Positions 27,969 to 38,276 of a DNA stretch of 64,000 bases are shown piece by piece. The stretch's first letter is position 1. Every line of letters starts with the position of its first letter. A model generated the notes under the pieces. The model saw only the letters and a list, made by a program, of their open reading frames with translations, made no database searches and was not told the DNA's origin. The translations under genes and the position numbers were made by a program. The DNA comes from a bacterium (GTDB lineage: Bacteria; UBA8248), in the NCBI GenBank assembly GCA_963692865.2, contig OY843592.1, positions 3,808,001-3,872,000 of the forward strand, given 5' to 3'.

Positions 27969-29230
27969 GAGATGAACTCCCTCGGGTCGGCCACGCGGCC
28001 CTTGATTGCGCTCGCCGCCACCGTGGCGGCCGAAGCCAGGTATATCGACGCCTCCGCGCTTCCCATGCGTCCCTTGTAGTTGCGGTTGGCCGAGGAGATG
28101 CACACCTCCCCGTCCCCGAGTTGCCCCGGCCCCCTGCCCGCGCATACCCCGCACGTGGTGGGCAGGAGCACGCCGCCCGCGTCGATGAGCGCGCCGAGCG
28201 CCCCGTCGTCCATGGCCTTGCGCATGATGTCCTTGCTCGCGGGCGCGATGAGAAGCTGCACCCCGTGGGCGACCCGCCTGTCCTTCAAGACCGCGGCCGC
28301 CGCCTGCAGGTCGAGGAGTTTCGCCCCCGTGCACGAGCCGATGTGCGCGCGCTGCAGGGGAGGCGAGTCCACCTCCTCCACCGGGTAGACGTTGTCCATC
28401 CTGTGGGGACACGCCACCTGGGGCGAGAGCTCCGATACGTCGTATTCATACGAGGCGGCGTAGGCGGCGTCCGCGTCCGAGGATACGGCCTCCCAGCCCT
28501 CTTCCACCCCTGCGTTTTCGAGATATTCCGCCGTCGCCTCGTCCACGTCGATGATGGCGCTCTTCGCGCTGAACTCCGCCGCCATGTTGGAGAGCGTCAT
28601 GCGGTCCTCGACGGGCAGCGCCATGAGCGCCTCGCCCTCGAACTGGAGCACCTTGTATTCCGCCCCGTCGACTTTCAAATCCTTGAGCGCGAGCAGCGCC
28701 ATGTCCTTGCCGTATATCCCTGCCGGGACACGGCCCTTGAACTGGACCCGTATCGTCTCGGGCACGCGGAGCCATACCTCTCCCTTGGCGAGCACGCCGA
28801 TGCTCTCCGTCGGGCCGATGGCCACGCCCAGCGCGCCCAGCGCCCCGGTGTTGGTGGTGTGGCTGTCGGTGCCGGTGACGAGAACGCCCGGGCGCACGAA
28901 GCCCTTCTCCGCCATGAGGATGTGGCAGATGCCCTCGGCGTCGTAGAAATGGGAGAGTTCCTGCTCGGCCGCCCAGGCTCTGGTGACGTTCAGCACCCTG
29001 GATTGCGAATCCCCGGTGGGCGGGTTGTGGTGGTCCGCTGTGAGCATGAAGCGATCCTTGTTCCAGATGGGAAGGCCCAGTTCGGCGAAGTCCTTCCCCA
29101 TGCGGAATGGTCCCTGGTTGTCGTGCATGACGTGGGCGTCGACCTTCGCCCATACGATGTCGCCCACGTCCACGCGCTCGCGCCCGCTGGCGCGGGCCAG
29201 GATTTTCTGTGTGGCGGTATCCCCGGACAA
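27965..29230 (-). CDS. leuC: 3-isopropylmalate dehydratase/homoaconitase-type large subunit
   Basis: DSHT, IGSCTG, CGVCAG and NRNYKGRMG motifs. Substrate uncertain. Confidence 0.88.
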   Translation of the reverse strand: MSGDTATQKILARASGRERVDVGDIVWAKVDAHVMHDNQGPFRMGKDFAELGLPIWNKDRFMLTADHHNPPTGDSQSRVLNVTRAWAAEQELSHFYDAEGICHILMAEKGFVRPGVLVTGTDSHTTNTGALGALGVAIGPTESIGVLAKGEVWLRVPETIRVQFKGRVPAGIYGKDMALLALKDLKVDGAEYKVLQFEGEALMALPVEDRMTLSNMAAEFSAKSAIIDVDEATAEYLENAGVEEGWEAVSSDADAAYAASYEYDVSELSPQVACPHRMDNVYPVEEVDSPPLQRAHIGSCTGAKLLDLQAAAAVLKDRRVAHGVQLLIAPASKDIMRKAMDDGALGALIDAGGVLLPTTCGVCAGRGPGQLGDGEVCISSANRNYKGRMGSAEASIYLASAATVAASAIKGRVADPREFIS

Positions 29231-29336
29231 GAAGTTCTCCTTCGATATATGGGGGTGCGCAAACCCAAGAGTCTTGTATACTCGCCTTGTCGCACACTAT
29301 CGAACGCGAAGCAAGACTTGAGACCTCGGAGGCGAA

Positions 29337-29942
29337 ATGGCCAGGGACAAGGAAATCGGCCGCAAGGCGTTCTTCACCGAAGGCCCTCTCTCCTTCATGC
29401 GCGCCTTCATGCAGGGGGTGCACCAGGGGGAGACGAGAATCCACCGCTCGGACCTGGAAGGCCCTCTCCTGCGCCCGCCGGGCGCCGCGCCGGAAGCCGA
29501 TTTTCTCGACCTCTGCACGGGCAGCGCGCAATGCGCGCTCGCGTGCCCGGCGGACGCCATCCTCATGCTCCCGCGCGAGGACGGCTCGGGCCTGGAAGCG
29601 CCCCGCATCATCCCGGCGGACGGGGCCTGCGTGGTGTGCGACGACCTCTCCTGCATGAAGGTCTGCCCCACGGGCGCGCTCACCCTCGCGCCCCGCGAGG
29701 AGATTCGCATGGGCCTGGCCGAGGTGAACGCGGAGACGTGCTACGCCTGGAACGGGTCGGATGCGGAGTGCAACTACTGCGCCACGCGCTGCCCCATCGG
29801 GGAGAGCGCGATACGGATCGAGGAGCGCGAGGACGCGAAAGGCCCCGTCATCGGCGAGACCTGCGTGGGCTGCGGCGCCTGCGAGCAGCACTGCCCCGAA
29901 TACCCGGGCGCGGTGCGCGTGTTCCCCATCGAATCCACCTAG
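29337..29942 (+). CDS. NapG/MauM-like multi-[4Fe-4S] ferredoxin
   Basis: LRPPGA..E..FLDLC followed by several CxxCxxxCP motifs. Confidence 0.85.
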   Translation: MARDKEIGRKAFFTEGPLSFMRAFMQGVHQGETRIHRSDLEGPLLRPPGAAPEADFLDLCTGSAQCALACPADAILMLPREDGSGLEAPRIIPADGACVVCDDLSCMKVCPTGALTLAPREEIRMGLAEVNAETCYAWNGSDAECNYCATRCPIGESAIRIEEREDAKGPVIGETCVGCGACEQHCPEYPGAVRVFPIEST

Positions 29943-29972
29943 AACAGAAAAAACCGGGATCACTTGCATCCC

Positions 29973-30258
29973 GGGGCTGTGGAAAAAGCCCCGATCCCGA
30001 GATTCGGCGTATGTAACCGATCGGGCAGGGAGGAAAACCACTCCCCCCTTGAGGGGCTGTTGAAAAACCCCTAGCGGATCGGGCCGATTCAATTCCCCCT
30101 TGGTCGGGATGTCAATATGTGTGTAGGGGTCGCATATATGCGACCCGCATTGTGAAGGCGAAAAGGCAGGGCCGCATGTATGCGGCCCCTACAACAGGAG
30201 CGGTAATTAAGCCGGAATGACGGCGTACCCACCCTCTTCGGGCTTCTTCAACAACCCC
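29973..30258. repeat. REP/MITE mosaic
   Basis: GGGGCTGTTGAAAAA (30053) ... TTCAACAACCCC (30258) enclosing a GTAG doublet. Confidence 0.75.
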
Positions 30259-30293
30259 ATCATTGGCGCAAAATGCGGCTCAAGCCGCGCGGA

Positions 30294-30794
30294 TCAGGAG
30301 AATTCCTCTTTCAGGATTTCATGGATGAACCGCTGGACGGCCAGGGGGTAGAACCGGATGTCCGGCGTGCGGACCACGGCGGTGTCGGTGGTCTCCAGAC
30401 GCGCGAGTTCGTTCAGCACCTTTTCCACCAGAACCTCCGGGCTCCACTCGTGGTGGGTGATCTTCAGGTGCTCGTTCTCGATGTTGAAATTGCCCGCCGC
30501 CACGGCGGGGAACGCGAAGACGCGGCCGATGAGGTCGGAATCCATCATCTCGGAATCCTTGAAAATCTCGCCGAACGTCTTCTGCGCCTGGGCGGGCGTC
30601 CACACCAGCTTGGGAGAGACCAGCAACTTGCCGGAAATCTGGACCGAACCCGCCTGCTCTTCCACCTCCGGCCCCAGCACCCGGTAGCCGAGTTCATGAT
30701 AGCCCGACACGATGCCCACGTACGGACGCTGGATGATGCGGATCTCCTCGCTCACCTGCCTGTGAAAATCGCGCTGAAAATCGTCGTCGAACAT
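30294..30794 (-). CDS. Hypothetical protein
   Basis: Host-like codon usage; GGAG RBS before MFDDDFQ. Confidence 0.7.
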   Translation of the reverse strand: MFDDDFQRDFHRQVSEEIRIIQRPYVGIVSGYHELGYRVLGPEVEEQAGSVQISGKLLVSPKLVWTPAQAQKTFGEIFKDSEMMDSDLIGRVFAFPAVAAGNFNIENEHLKITHHEWSPEVLVEKVLNELARLETTDTAVVRTPDIRFYPLAVQRFIHEILKEEFS

Positions 30795-30918
30795 CGAAAC
30801 GTCTCCGTCATGACCGAAAACCAAAAAACGCAAGCAGACGTTGATACCAAATGCCATTGCGCCAGGTCAAACAAAGCGAGACCACGGACGCGCCTCTTCT
30901 CTATTCTCTTCTTTTTCC

Positions 30919-32355
30919 TCAGGAATTGACAGCCCGCAAATCTCCCAGAATCTTTTCCGCCGCCTCGTTCGCCGATTTCACGCAATCGGGAATCCCTACG
31001 CCGCGGTAGGCGTTGCCGGCGAGAGCAAGGCCCGGCGTTGCGCTCTGTTCGCTCTCGATCCTTCGCACCTTCTCCAGGTGGCCCACCAGATAATGCGGCA
31101 GGGATTCCTCATAGCGGTAAAAGACTTTTCCTTCGGGCTCTCCGGCGACCCCCAGAATGGGCCGAAGTTCCTCGATCAGCTTACGAACCAGTTCTTCATC
31201 CGTTAGCCCCGCCCGGGAGGCGGCCTCGCCCCCGGCGAAGGCGCGGATGAGCGCCTTTCCCTCGGGCGTTCTTCCGGCGAACTTCGTGCTCGAAAAAGAA
31301 CACGCCAGAAGCGTCTTGTTCTCTGCCGCAGGCACGACGAAACCCATCGCGTGGAGCGGATGCGCCACCTGTTCGGCCCGGTAGACGAGGTTGAGCGTCG
31401 CCAATGAACCGCTCGGGATGCTCATCAACTCTCCCGAGATGCCGGGCGCAGTCTTTTCCAGCATCCGCGCCGCCACGCGAGGCGGCAGGGCGACGCAAAC
31501 CGCGTCTGTGTCCATCACCTCCCCGTCCTCAAGACGAACGCGCCAGCCTCCTTCGTTTCTGTCGAGTGATTCCGCCCGGCATCCCGTCCGGACCATAGCG
31601 CCTGAAATCTTCTCCGCCAGCGCGTCCGCCAGAACGCCCATTCCGCGCGCGAAACTCACGAACAGGCCGTACCTCGGCCCGCTCGCCGAGACGCCCTCGC
31701 CCGAACCTCGCCTCTGCATCCGCTTCCTGAGTCCCAGGATGAGGCTTCTGTGTTCGCGCTCTATCTCGTGGAACTGCGGCATGGTGGCCTGAAGGCTCAG
31801 TTCTTCGGGATCGGCCGAATAGATGCCCGCCACCATGGGCTGCGCCATCCGCTCCAGCGCCTCGCGCCCGAACCGCCTGCGCACGAAATCGGCGAGGGAC
31901 TCATCCGCATCGCCCTTCTTCCGGGGCAGGAGAACGTCCATCGCCATACGGAGCTTGCCGAGCGGGCTGAAAATCGGCGTCGTCATGAACGGGCCGATTC
32001 GGTAAGGCGCTAAAAGATAATACCCCTCCGGCACGGGGAGCAGGTCGCCGCCCCTCAAGACGAAGCTGCGCCGGTAGCGCTCGTTCGTGCCGATGAGTTG
32101 CTCACTGAGACCCAGTTCCTCGCAGAGTTCGACGCCCTCCGGTTTAGATGCGAGGAAACAGTCCGGGCCTTTCTCCATCAGGACGCCGTCTGCGATTTCG
32201 GTCTCGACCACGCCGCCGAGTCGCGGTGAAGCCTCGATGAGATGGACTTCCGTGGAGAGATTCTGCGCCTTGGAAGCCTGGAGGAGCCGGTAGCAGGCGG
32301 TGAGCCCCGTCACCCCGCCGCCGAGCACGACCACCCGCCGGGCGTCCCGGGTCAA
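30919..32355 (-). CDS. hemY: Proto/coproporphyrinogen oxidase (HemY type)
   Basis: VLGGGVTGL FAD motif, EKGPDCF, GVGIPDC. TTG start overlaps the hemH stop. Confidence 0.92.
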   Translation of the reverse strand: MTRDARRVVVLGGGVTGLTACYRLLQASKAQNLSTEVHLIEASPRLGGVVETEIADGVLMEKGPDCFLASKPEGVELCEELGLSEQLIGTNERYRRSFVLRGGDLLPVPEGYYLLAPYRIGPFMTTPIFSPLGKLRMAMDVLLPRKKGDADESLADFVRRRFGREALERMAQPMVAGIYSADPEELSLQATMPQFHEIEREHRSLILGLRKRMQRRGSGEGVSASGPRYGLFVSFARGMGVLADALAEKISGAMVRTGCRAESLDRNEGGWRVRLEDGEVMDTDAVCVALPPRVAARMLEKTAPGISGELMSIPSGSLATLNLVYRAEQVAHPLHAMGFVVPAAENKTLLACSFSSTKFAGRTPEGKALIRAFAGGEAASRAGLTDEELVRKLIEELRPILGVAGEPEGKVFYRYEESLPHYLVGHLEKVRRIESEQSATPGLALAGNAYRGVGIPDCVKSANEAAEKILGDLRAVNS

Positions 32356-33314
32356 CTTCCGCTCTCCGCCATCTTCGCGCGCACCAGGTCCGAGAGCATC
32401 TCGATGAAGGCGGGGTGCGTGCCCACCGTGGGCGCGCGGCAGAAGCGAAGCCCCGCCTCCTCGGCCGCTTCGCGCGCCTCGATGTCGAGGTCGAAGAGCA
32501 CCTCCACGTGGTCGCATATGAAGCCGATGGGCGCGAGAAGAACGGCCTTCGCGCCGGCGGCGGCGACGTTTTCGATCACCTCCACCACGTCCGGGCCGAG
32601 CCAGGCGCCGGGGGGAACGTCCGGGCTGCTCTGGAAACCGACCTCGTAGTCCTCCAAGCCCAGCTTTTGCGCCGCGAGCGCCGCCGTTTCCCGGAATTCC
32701 TCCTCATACGAAGAGGCCCTGGCCATGGAAACCGGAATGGAGTGAGCCGTAAAGATGACTCTCACATCATCCAGCCCGTCCTCTTCGGGGAGGGCTTGCC
32801 TCATCCGCTCTGCGATGGCGTCGATGAACCCCGGATGCGCATGCCAGGGCGTTTCCAGGAACTCGGTTTCGGGCGCATCTGCGCCCAGCTCTTCACGCGC
32901 CGAGGCGACGGCGCCCCGGTAGGCCTCCCAGCTGATTTTCGTGCGGTGAGGCGCCAGTATGACGCCCAATGCGCGCCGCAAGCCGCGCCCCCCCATCTCG
33001 GCCAGCGTCTCTTCGACGTAGGGCGTCCAGAAGCGATAGCCCGTGTAGACGGGAACGCCCGCGCCCGCTCGCTCCAGCGCCATCTCGAGCGCGCCCGCCT
33101 GTTTCTGGGAGAAAAACGTGAACGGGGAGACGCCGCCGAAATGTTCATAGTGGGCCGCCACCTCCCGGATGCGCTCCGAGCCGCCCGACCTCTGGCCCAC
33201 GATGCCCTCCACGTAGCAATACGCCTCGCCCGGGCATTCCTCGTAGCGGCGGCAGCAGCCCCGCGTGGGGCCGCCGAAGCCGATCATGATGATGGAATCG
33301 AACTTGTCCTTCAT
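32352..33314 (-). CDS. hemH: Ferrochelatase
   Basis: FGGP, HYEHFGGVSP, FTAHSIP and PIGFICDHVEVLFDLD motifs. Confidence 0.92.
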   Translation of the reverse strand: MKDKFDSIIMIGFGGPTRGCCRRYEECPGEAYCYVEGIVGQRSGGSERIREVAAHYEHFGGVSPFTFFSQKQAGALEMALERAGAGVPVYTGYRFWTPYVEETLAEMGGRGLRRALGVILAPHRTKISWEAYRGAVASAREELGADAPETEFLETPWHAHPGFIDAIAERMRQALPEEDGLDDVRVIFTAHSIPVSMARASSYEEEFRETAALAAQKLGLEDYEVGFQSSPDVPPGAWLGPDVVEVIENVAAAGAKAVLLAPIGFICDHVEVLFDLDIEAREAAEEAGLRFCRAPTVGTHPAFIEMLSDLVRAKMAESGS

Positions 33315-34375
33315 CCGGCCCCCGCTTCCCACTCGTGAACGAAATCGATGAGCCTCTTGACGTTGGCGACCGGCGTGCCCGGCAGAATGCCGTGCCCCAG
33401 GTTGAAGATGTGGCCCGGACGCGCGGCCCCCTGGCGCAGGACGTCCTCCGCGCGCGCGAGGATACGCTCGGGCTCCGCGAACAGGACGCACGGGTCGAGG
33501 TTTCCCTGAATTCCCATCTCGCCGATGCGCTCTCTGGCGTCGGCCAGCTCCACGCGGAAATCCACCCCCGCCACGTCGCCGCCCGCATCTGCGAACGCTT
33601 CGAGATAGGGCGCGGTTCCCGTGCCGAAATGGATGACGGGCGCGCCCTTCTCGATGCCCGCAATCAGCGCGCGGCTGTGCGGCAGGACGAACTCCCGGAA
33701 ATCCGCGGGTGAGAGGCATCCCACCCAACTGTCGAAAACCTGCACCGCCTGCGCGCCCGCGCGAATCTGTTCGTTCAGATAGATAGTCAGCCCCCGCACG
33801 AGCTTTTCCATCAGCGCGCGCCAAGCCCCCGAATCGGCGTACATGAACCTCTTGGTGTTCTCGAAATTGCGCGAGCCGCCGCCTTCGATCATGTACGACG
33901 CGAGCGTGAAGGGCGCGCCGCAAAAACCGATGAGCGGAAGGGCGGGGTTCATCTGCTCCCTCGTCTTGCGGACCGCCTCGTAAACGAAGGCGAGGCTCTC
34001 ATGCGGTTCCGCCTCCCGCAGCCGCTCCACGTCCGAAGCCACCCGAACCGGATTGTGAAGAACGGGGCCTCCCTCCAGGTACTCCAGGTCCATGCCCATG
34101 GGTTGTAAGATGAGCAGAATGTCGGAGAACAGTATGGCGGCGTCCGCCCCGATGGCGTCGAGCGCCGTTACGGCGACCTCTGCGGCCAGATCGGGCGTGC
34201 GGCAAAGCTCGATGAAGGAGACCTTCTCGCGCACGGCGCGGTATTCGCGCATGTACCTGCCCGCCTGCCGCATGAGCCAGACGGGCGTCCTCGCGCTCTC
34301 CAACCCCCGGCAGGCGCGCATGAATGCGGAATCCTCATAGCGAGGCGCGTTTTCCACCGCCGGATGCGCCGGCAT
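33311..34375 (-). CDS. hemE: Uroporphyrinogen decarboxylase
   Basis: PVWLMRQAGRY, ILFSDIL, GAPFTLASY and FNLGHG motifs. Confidence 0.96.
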   Translation of the reverse strand: MPAHPAVENAPRYEDSAFMRACRGLESARTPVWLMRQAGRYMREYRAVREKVSFIELCRTPDLAAEVAVTALDAIGADAAILFSDILLILQPMGMDLEYLEGGPVLHNPVRVASDVERLREAEPHESLAFVYEAVRKTREQMNPALPLIGFCGAPFTLASYMIEGGGSRNFENTKRFMYADSGAWRALMEKLVRGLTIYLNEQIRAGAQAVQVFDSWVGCLSPADFREFVLPHSRALIAGIEKGAPVIHFGTGTAPYLEAFADAGGDVAGVDFRVELADARERIGEMGIQGNLDPCVLFAEPERILARAEDVLRQGAARPGHIFNLGHGILPGTPVANVKRLIDFVHEWEAGAG

Positions 34376-34574
34376 GAACACCCTCCCGTGCAGCGTGTGA
34401 GAACCCGCTCCTCCGGGCGGGTCCGATGAAGCCAGTCTAATCCAAAAAGCGCGCGCGCGACTATCGGGCGAGACGTTCCCATGCAAAGCAAGGAAACCGC
34501 CGCTCGCTGGACAACGCCGGTTCAGGTAAGATACATAAGGATTCTTGATTTCGGGCGACTAGCCCCGACACCCC

Positions 34575-34649
34575 GGCGCCATAGCCAAGTGGTAAGGCAG
34601 AGGACTGCAAATCCTTTATTCCCCGGTTCGAATCCGGGTGGCGCCTCCA
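34575..34649 (+). tRNA. tRNA-Cys (GCA)
   Basis: GGCGCCA/TGGCGCC acceptor stem, GCA anticodon, GGTTCGAATCC T arm, encoded CCA. Confidence 0.97.
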
Positions 34650-34674
34650 ACATCCCTATAAGGGAGACGATCCG

Positions 34675-35310
34675 ATGGAGCAGACGACCACAGCGCCGAA
34701 CATTGAAACCAAAGAAGAGCTTCGCGAGTTCTACGGCCCGGCCAACGAGCGCAGCGTCAGGAAGCAGATGGCGAAGCTCGACGAGCACGCGAAGAACTTC
34801 ATCGCGCTCTCTCCGTTCATGGTCATCTCCTCCGCCACGGCGGACGGCGCGGACGCATCCCCCAAGGGGGACCCGCCCGGATTCGTCAAGGTGATCGACG
34901 AGGGCACGCTCCTCATCCCCGACAGACCGGGCAACAACCGCGTCGACACCATGAGCAACATCGTGGAGAACAACCACGTCGGCCTCCTCTTCCTGGTGCC
35001 CGGCATGTGCGAGACGCTGCGCGTGAACGGGCGCGCGCGCATCACGACGGACCCCGAAGTCCTCGAACCGCTCTCGGTGAAGGGCAGACTCCCCAGATCG
35101 GCGATGATCGTCGACGTGGACGACGTGTACCTCCACTGCGGAAAGGCCCTCATCCGCGCGGACCTCTGGAACGCGGAAAAACATATCGAAAGAAAGTCTT
35201 TCCCCTCGATGGGCCAGATGCTCTCCGATCAGATAGACGAAGACGGCTACGACGACGGAGAGGAAATGGACAAGGGCATCCAGGAGAGATACAGGACGGG
35301 CCTCTATTGA
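34675..35310 (+). CDS. PPOX-class split-barrel flavin-binding protein (MSMEG_1061-like)
   Basis: DASPKGDPPGF, PDRPGNNRVDT and YLHCGKA motifs. Confidence 0.88.
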   Translation: MEQTTTAPNIETKEELREFYGPANERSVRKQMAKLDEHAKNFIALSPFMVISSATADGADASPKGDPPGFVKVIDEGTLLIPDRPGNNRVDTMSNIVENNHVGLLFLVPGMCETLRVNGRARITTDPEVLEPLSVKGRLPRSAMIVDVDDVYLHCGKALIRADLWNAEKHIERKSFPSMGQMLSDQIDEDGYDDGEEMDKGIQERYRTGLY

Positions 35311-35317
35311 CGCAGTG

Positions 35318-36332
35318 GCAGGCCCCTGCGCCTGTCCTGATCGGCTCCACCTTGAACAAGGACAAATAGAGAGAAAGGACAACCACGGGGGGTTGTCCCT
35401 ACGGGTTGCGCACCTCGAAAATCACTCCGTCCTCGGGCAGGGAAACGACCCGTAGGGGGCCGTTCGCGAACGGCCCTTGCCGCTCCTGCATCAGTCGCAT
35501 CGAACCCTCGTCTTGCCTTCCGCCGTATTGCCTCACCCTGAGTAGCGGCGAAGCCGCGTATCGAAGGGCGAAATTCGCGCCCGCTGGAAAGATGCGCTCC
35601 CCCATCCTTCGATACGGCGCTTACGCGCCTACTCAGGATGAGGGTTCGGGGCGCTTGCACGGGATGAGGGCGTCAAGCGTTCCGCGAAGCCCGGCGCCGC
35701 GCGACGGGTTTGATCACCGTCATTCCGGCGCACGCCGGAATCCAGGGCCGACGAGGAAGGCGACAGCGCCGGACAACCATAAATCGACAAGACAAAAACG
35801 ATAAAGCCAAAACCAAATTCCTGGATTCCGTCAAACCCTCCCGCCTTGGGGCTGTTGAAAAACCCTGTTCCGGGGTCGGGCGGACACACAGATCCGCCCC
35901 TGCGTTTCGTTTCGCAGAGGTTGGCAGGTCGGACATATATGTCCGGCCTGCGGGAGGCGCGATGGTTTCGTAGGGGCCGCATATCATGCGGCCCGCATTG
36001 TGAGGGCGAAAAGGCAGGGCCGCATGATATGTCGGACATATATGTCCGACCTGCGGGTAAAACGTGGTTGATGCGAGAGGGATAGGTTTTTCAACAACCC
36101 CGAGAAGGGGTTGTCACCTACAAACAAATTGTCTCTCTCCGGCTTTTTCAACAACCCCGCCTTGGTCGGGTCTGACACCGGAATGACGGCGGGGGCAAAC
36201 CCCTCGAAGAGGAAAAGCGGGTTCATCGGACGGCCCTGCGCAGGGCGCGATGGTTCTGTAGGGTCAGGCCCCTGCGCCTGTCCTGATCGGCTCCGCCTTG
36301 AACAAGGACAACCTCAGGGGGTTGTCCCTACC
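35318..36332. repeat. 1-kb nested mosaic of at least six palindromic repeat families
   Basis: Bounded by direct copies of CAGGCCCCTGCGCCTGTCCTGATCGGCTCC...GGTTGTCCCTAC. Contains CCTGAGTAG..TATCGAAGG, GTCATTCC..GGAATCCAG, GTAG REPs and a MITE. Confidence 0.8.
35848..36158. mobile_element. MITE (possibly composite) with GGGG(C/T)TGTTGAAAAA TIRs
   Basis: Flanked by a GCCTT duplication (35843-47, 36159-63), extendable to CCGCCTTGG if the TIR starts at GG. Confidence 0.7.
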
Positions 36333-36360
36333 AGGATTCCTCCTCCCTGGTCGGGACTGA

Positions 36361-38276
36361 CTAATGCGTTTCTCGTAAATAAACGACCGAGAGGGGCGGC
36401 AGCGTTATCTCAACGGAATAGGGCTGGTCGTTCAAAGGCGCTGCAACGGCATGGCAGCCGTCTGGATTCCCCATGTCCCCGCCTCCGTATATCTCCGCAT
36501 CGCTGTTCAGCACCTCGACCCAATCGCCGTCGGCGGGAACGCCCATGCGGTAGTGCATCCTGGGCACGGGCGTCAGGTTCGCCGCCACGAGCAGCATGGG
36601 TTCATCCTCCGTGGCGATCCGCACGAACCCCAGCACGCTGTCATCGGCCGCATCCGCCGCCACCCACTTGAAGCCGCGCGGGTCGTAATCCCTTCGGAAC
36701 AGGGCGCGCTCCTTGTGGTACATGGCGTTCAGGTCGCGCACCCACTTCATCAGCCCCGCCCTCAAGGGCTCCTGGGCCAAGTCCCAGTCGAGCGCGCCGT
36801 CGTGATTCCATTCGCGCCACTGGCCGAATTCCCCGCCCATGAAGAGGAGTTTCTTGCCGGGCTGGGCGAACATCAGCCCGTAGAGCGCGCGCAGGTTCGC
36901 GAATTTCTGTCCGCCCTCTCCCGGCATCTTCCCGAGCAGGGAGCTCTTGCCGTGCACCACCTCGTCGTGGGAGAGCGGCAGCACGAAATTCTCGTTGTAG
37001 GCGTAGAGCAGGCGGAACGTGAGCAGGTTGTGGTGGAATTTCCGGTGGACGGGGTCTTTTTTCATGTACGCGATCGAATCGTGCATCCAGCCCATGTCCC
37101 ACTTCATGCCGAAACCCAGTCCGCCCGTATCCACGGGTCTCGATACCATCGGCCAGGCGGTGGATTCTTCCGCGATGGTCTGCACGTCGGGAAACCGGCG
37201 GTAGACCTCGGTGTTCAGGCGCCTGAGGAAAGAGATGGCTTCGAGGTTCTCCCGGCCTCCTCTTCGTTGGGAAACCACTCCCCCTCTTTTCTCGAATAAT
37301 CGAGGTAGAGCATCGAGGCCACGCCGTCGACGCGAAGCCCGTCGGCGTGGAAATACTCCAGCCAGTACATGGCGCTGCTTATCAGGAAGGCGGCCACCTC
37401 GTTACGCCCGTAATTGAAGATGTGGCTTTGCCAGTCCGGGTGAAATCCCCGCCTGGGGTCGGCGTGCTCGTAGAGATGGGTGCCGTCGAAATAGCCCAGC
37501 CCGTGCCCGTCCGTGGGGAAGTGGGAGGGCACCCAGTCGAGTATCACGCCCAGGCCGCGCTGGTGGAGATAATCGATGAGATACATCAGATCCTGAGGGG
37601 TTCCGAAGCGGCTCGTGGGAGCGAAGTAGCCCGTGATCTGATACCCCCATGAACCGTTGAAGGGGTGTTCCATCACCGGGAGGAACTCGACGTGGGTGAA
37701 GCCCATGTGGAGCATGTGCTCGGCGAGTTGGGGAGCCAGTTCCCTGTATGTGAGGGGGCGATTCTCTCCATGCGGCGCCCGCCGCCAGGAGCCGATGTGA
37801 AGCTCGTAGATGGAAATGGGCGCTTCGCGGCCGTTGCACGCGCCCCGGCACTCCATCCAGTCCCCATCGCCCCATTCGTAATCGAGACCCCAGACGACCG
37901 AGCCGCTCCTGGGGGAAACTTCGCTGTAGACCCCGAACGGATCCGCCTTCTCCGCCCGATAATCGCCGAACTGCGAGTGGATCCGGTATTTGTAGACCTC
38001 GCCCGTCCCCACGCCCGGGATGAATCCCGCCCATATGCCTGAGCTTTCCACCGGAGCCAGCGGGTGGCTCTCCTCGTCCCAGCCGTTGAAATCGCCGATG
38101 ACGCTCACGGAATCCGCGTTCGGCGCCCATACGGCGAAATGGACGCCTTCCTCCCCGCCCACCGTCATCGGGTGCGCGCCCATTTTGTCGTACAAGGTGA
38201 AATGGGACCCCTGGTTGAACAGGTACACGTCGTAATCCGTGATGTAGGAAAGCGCGGGGTAGTGGACTATGCTCAC
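36361..38276 (-). pseudogene. glgB: 1,4-alpha-glucan branching enzyme with a single frameshift near 37260 (mutation or sequencing error)
   Basis: Two ORFs join at EGEWFPNE / GGRENLEA with one base missing. [15 protein letters not shown] and [10 protein letters not shown] motifs are intact. Confidence 0.88.

Noticed and set aside
34575-34649. tRNA-Cys as the integration site for the integrase or prophage
   Set aside because: No duplicated tRNA 3' end seen in the window; flanks are host-like genes.
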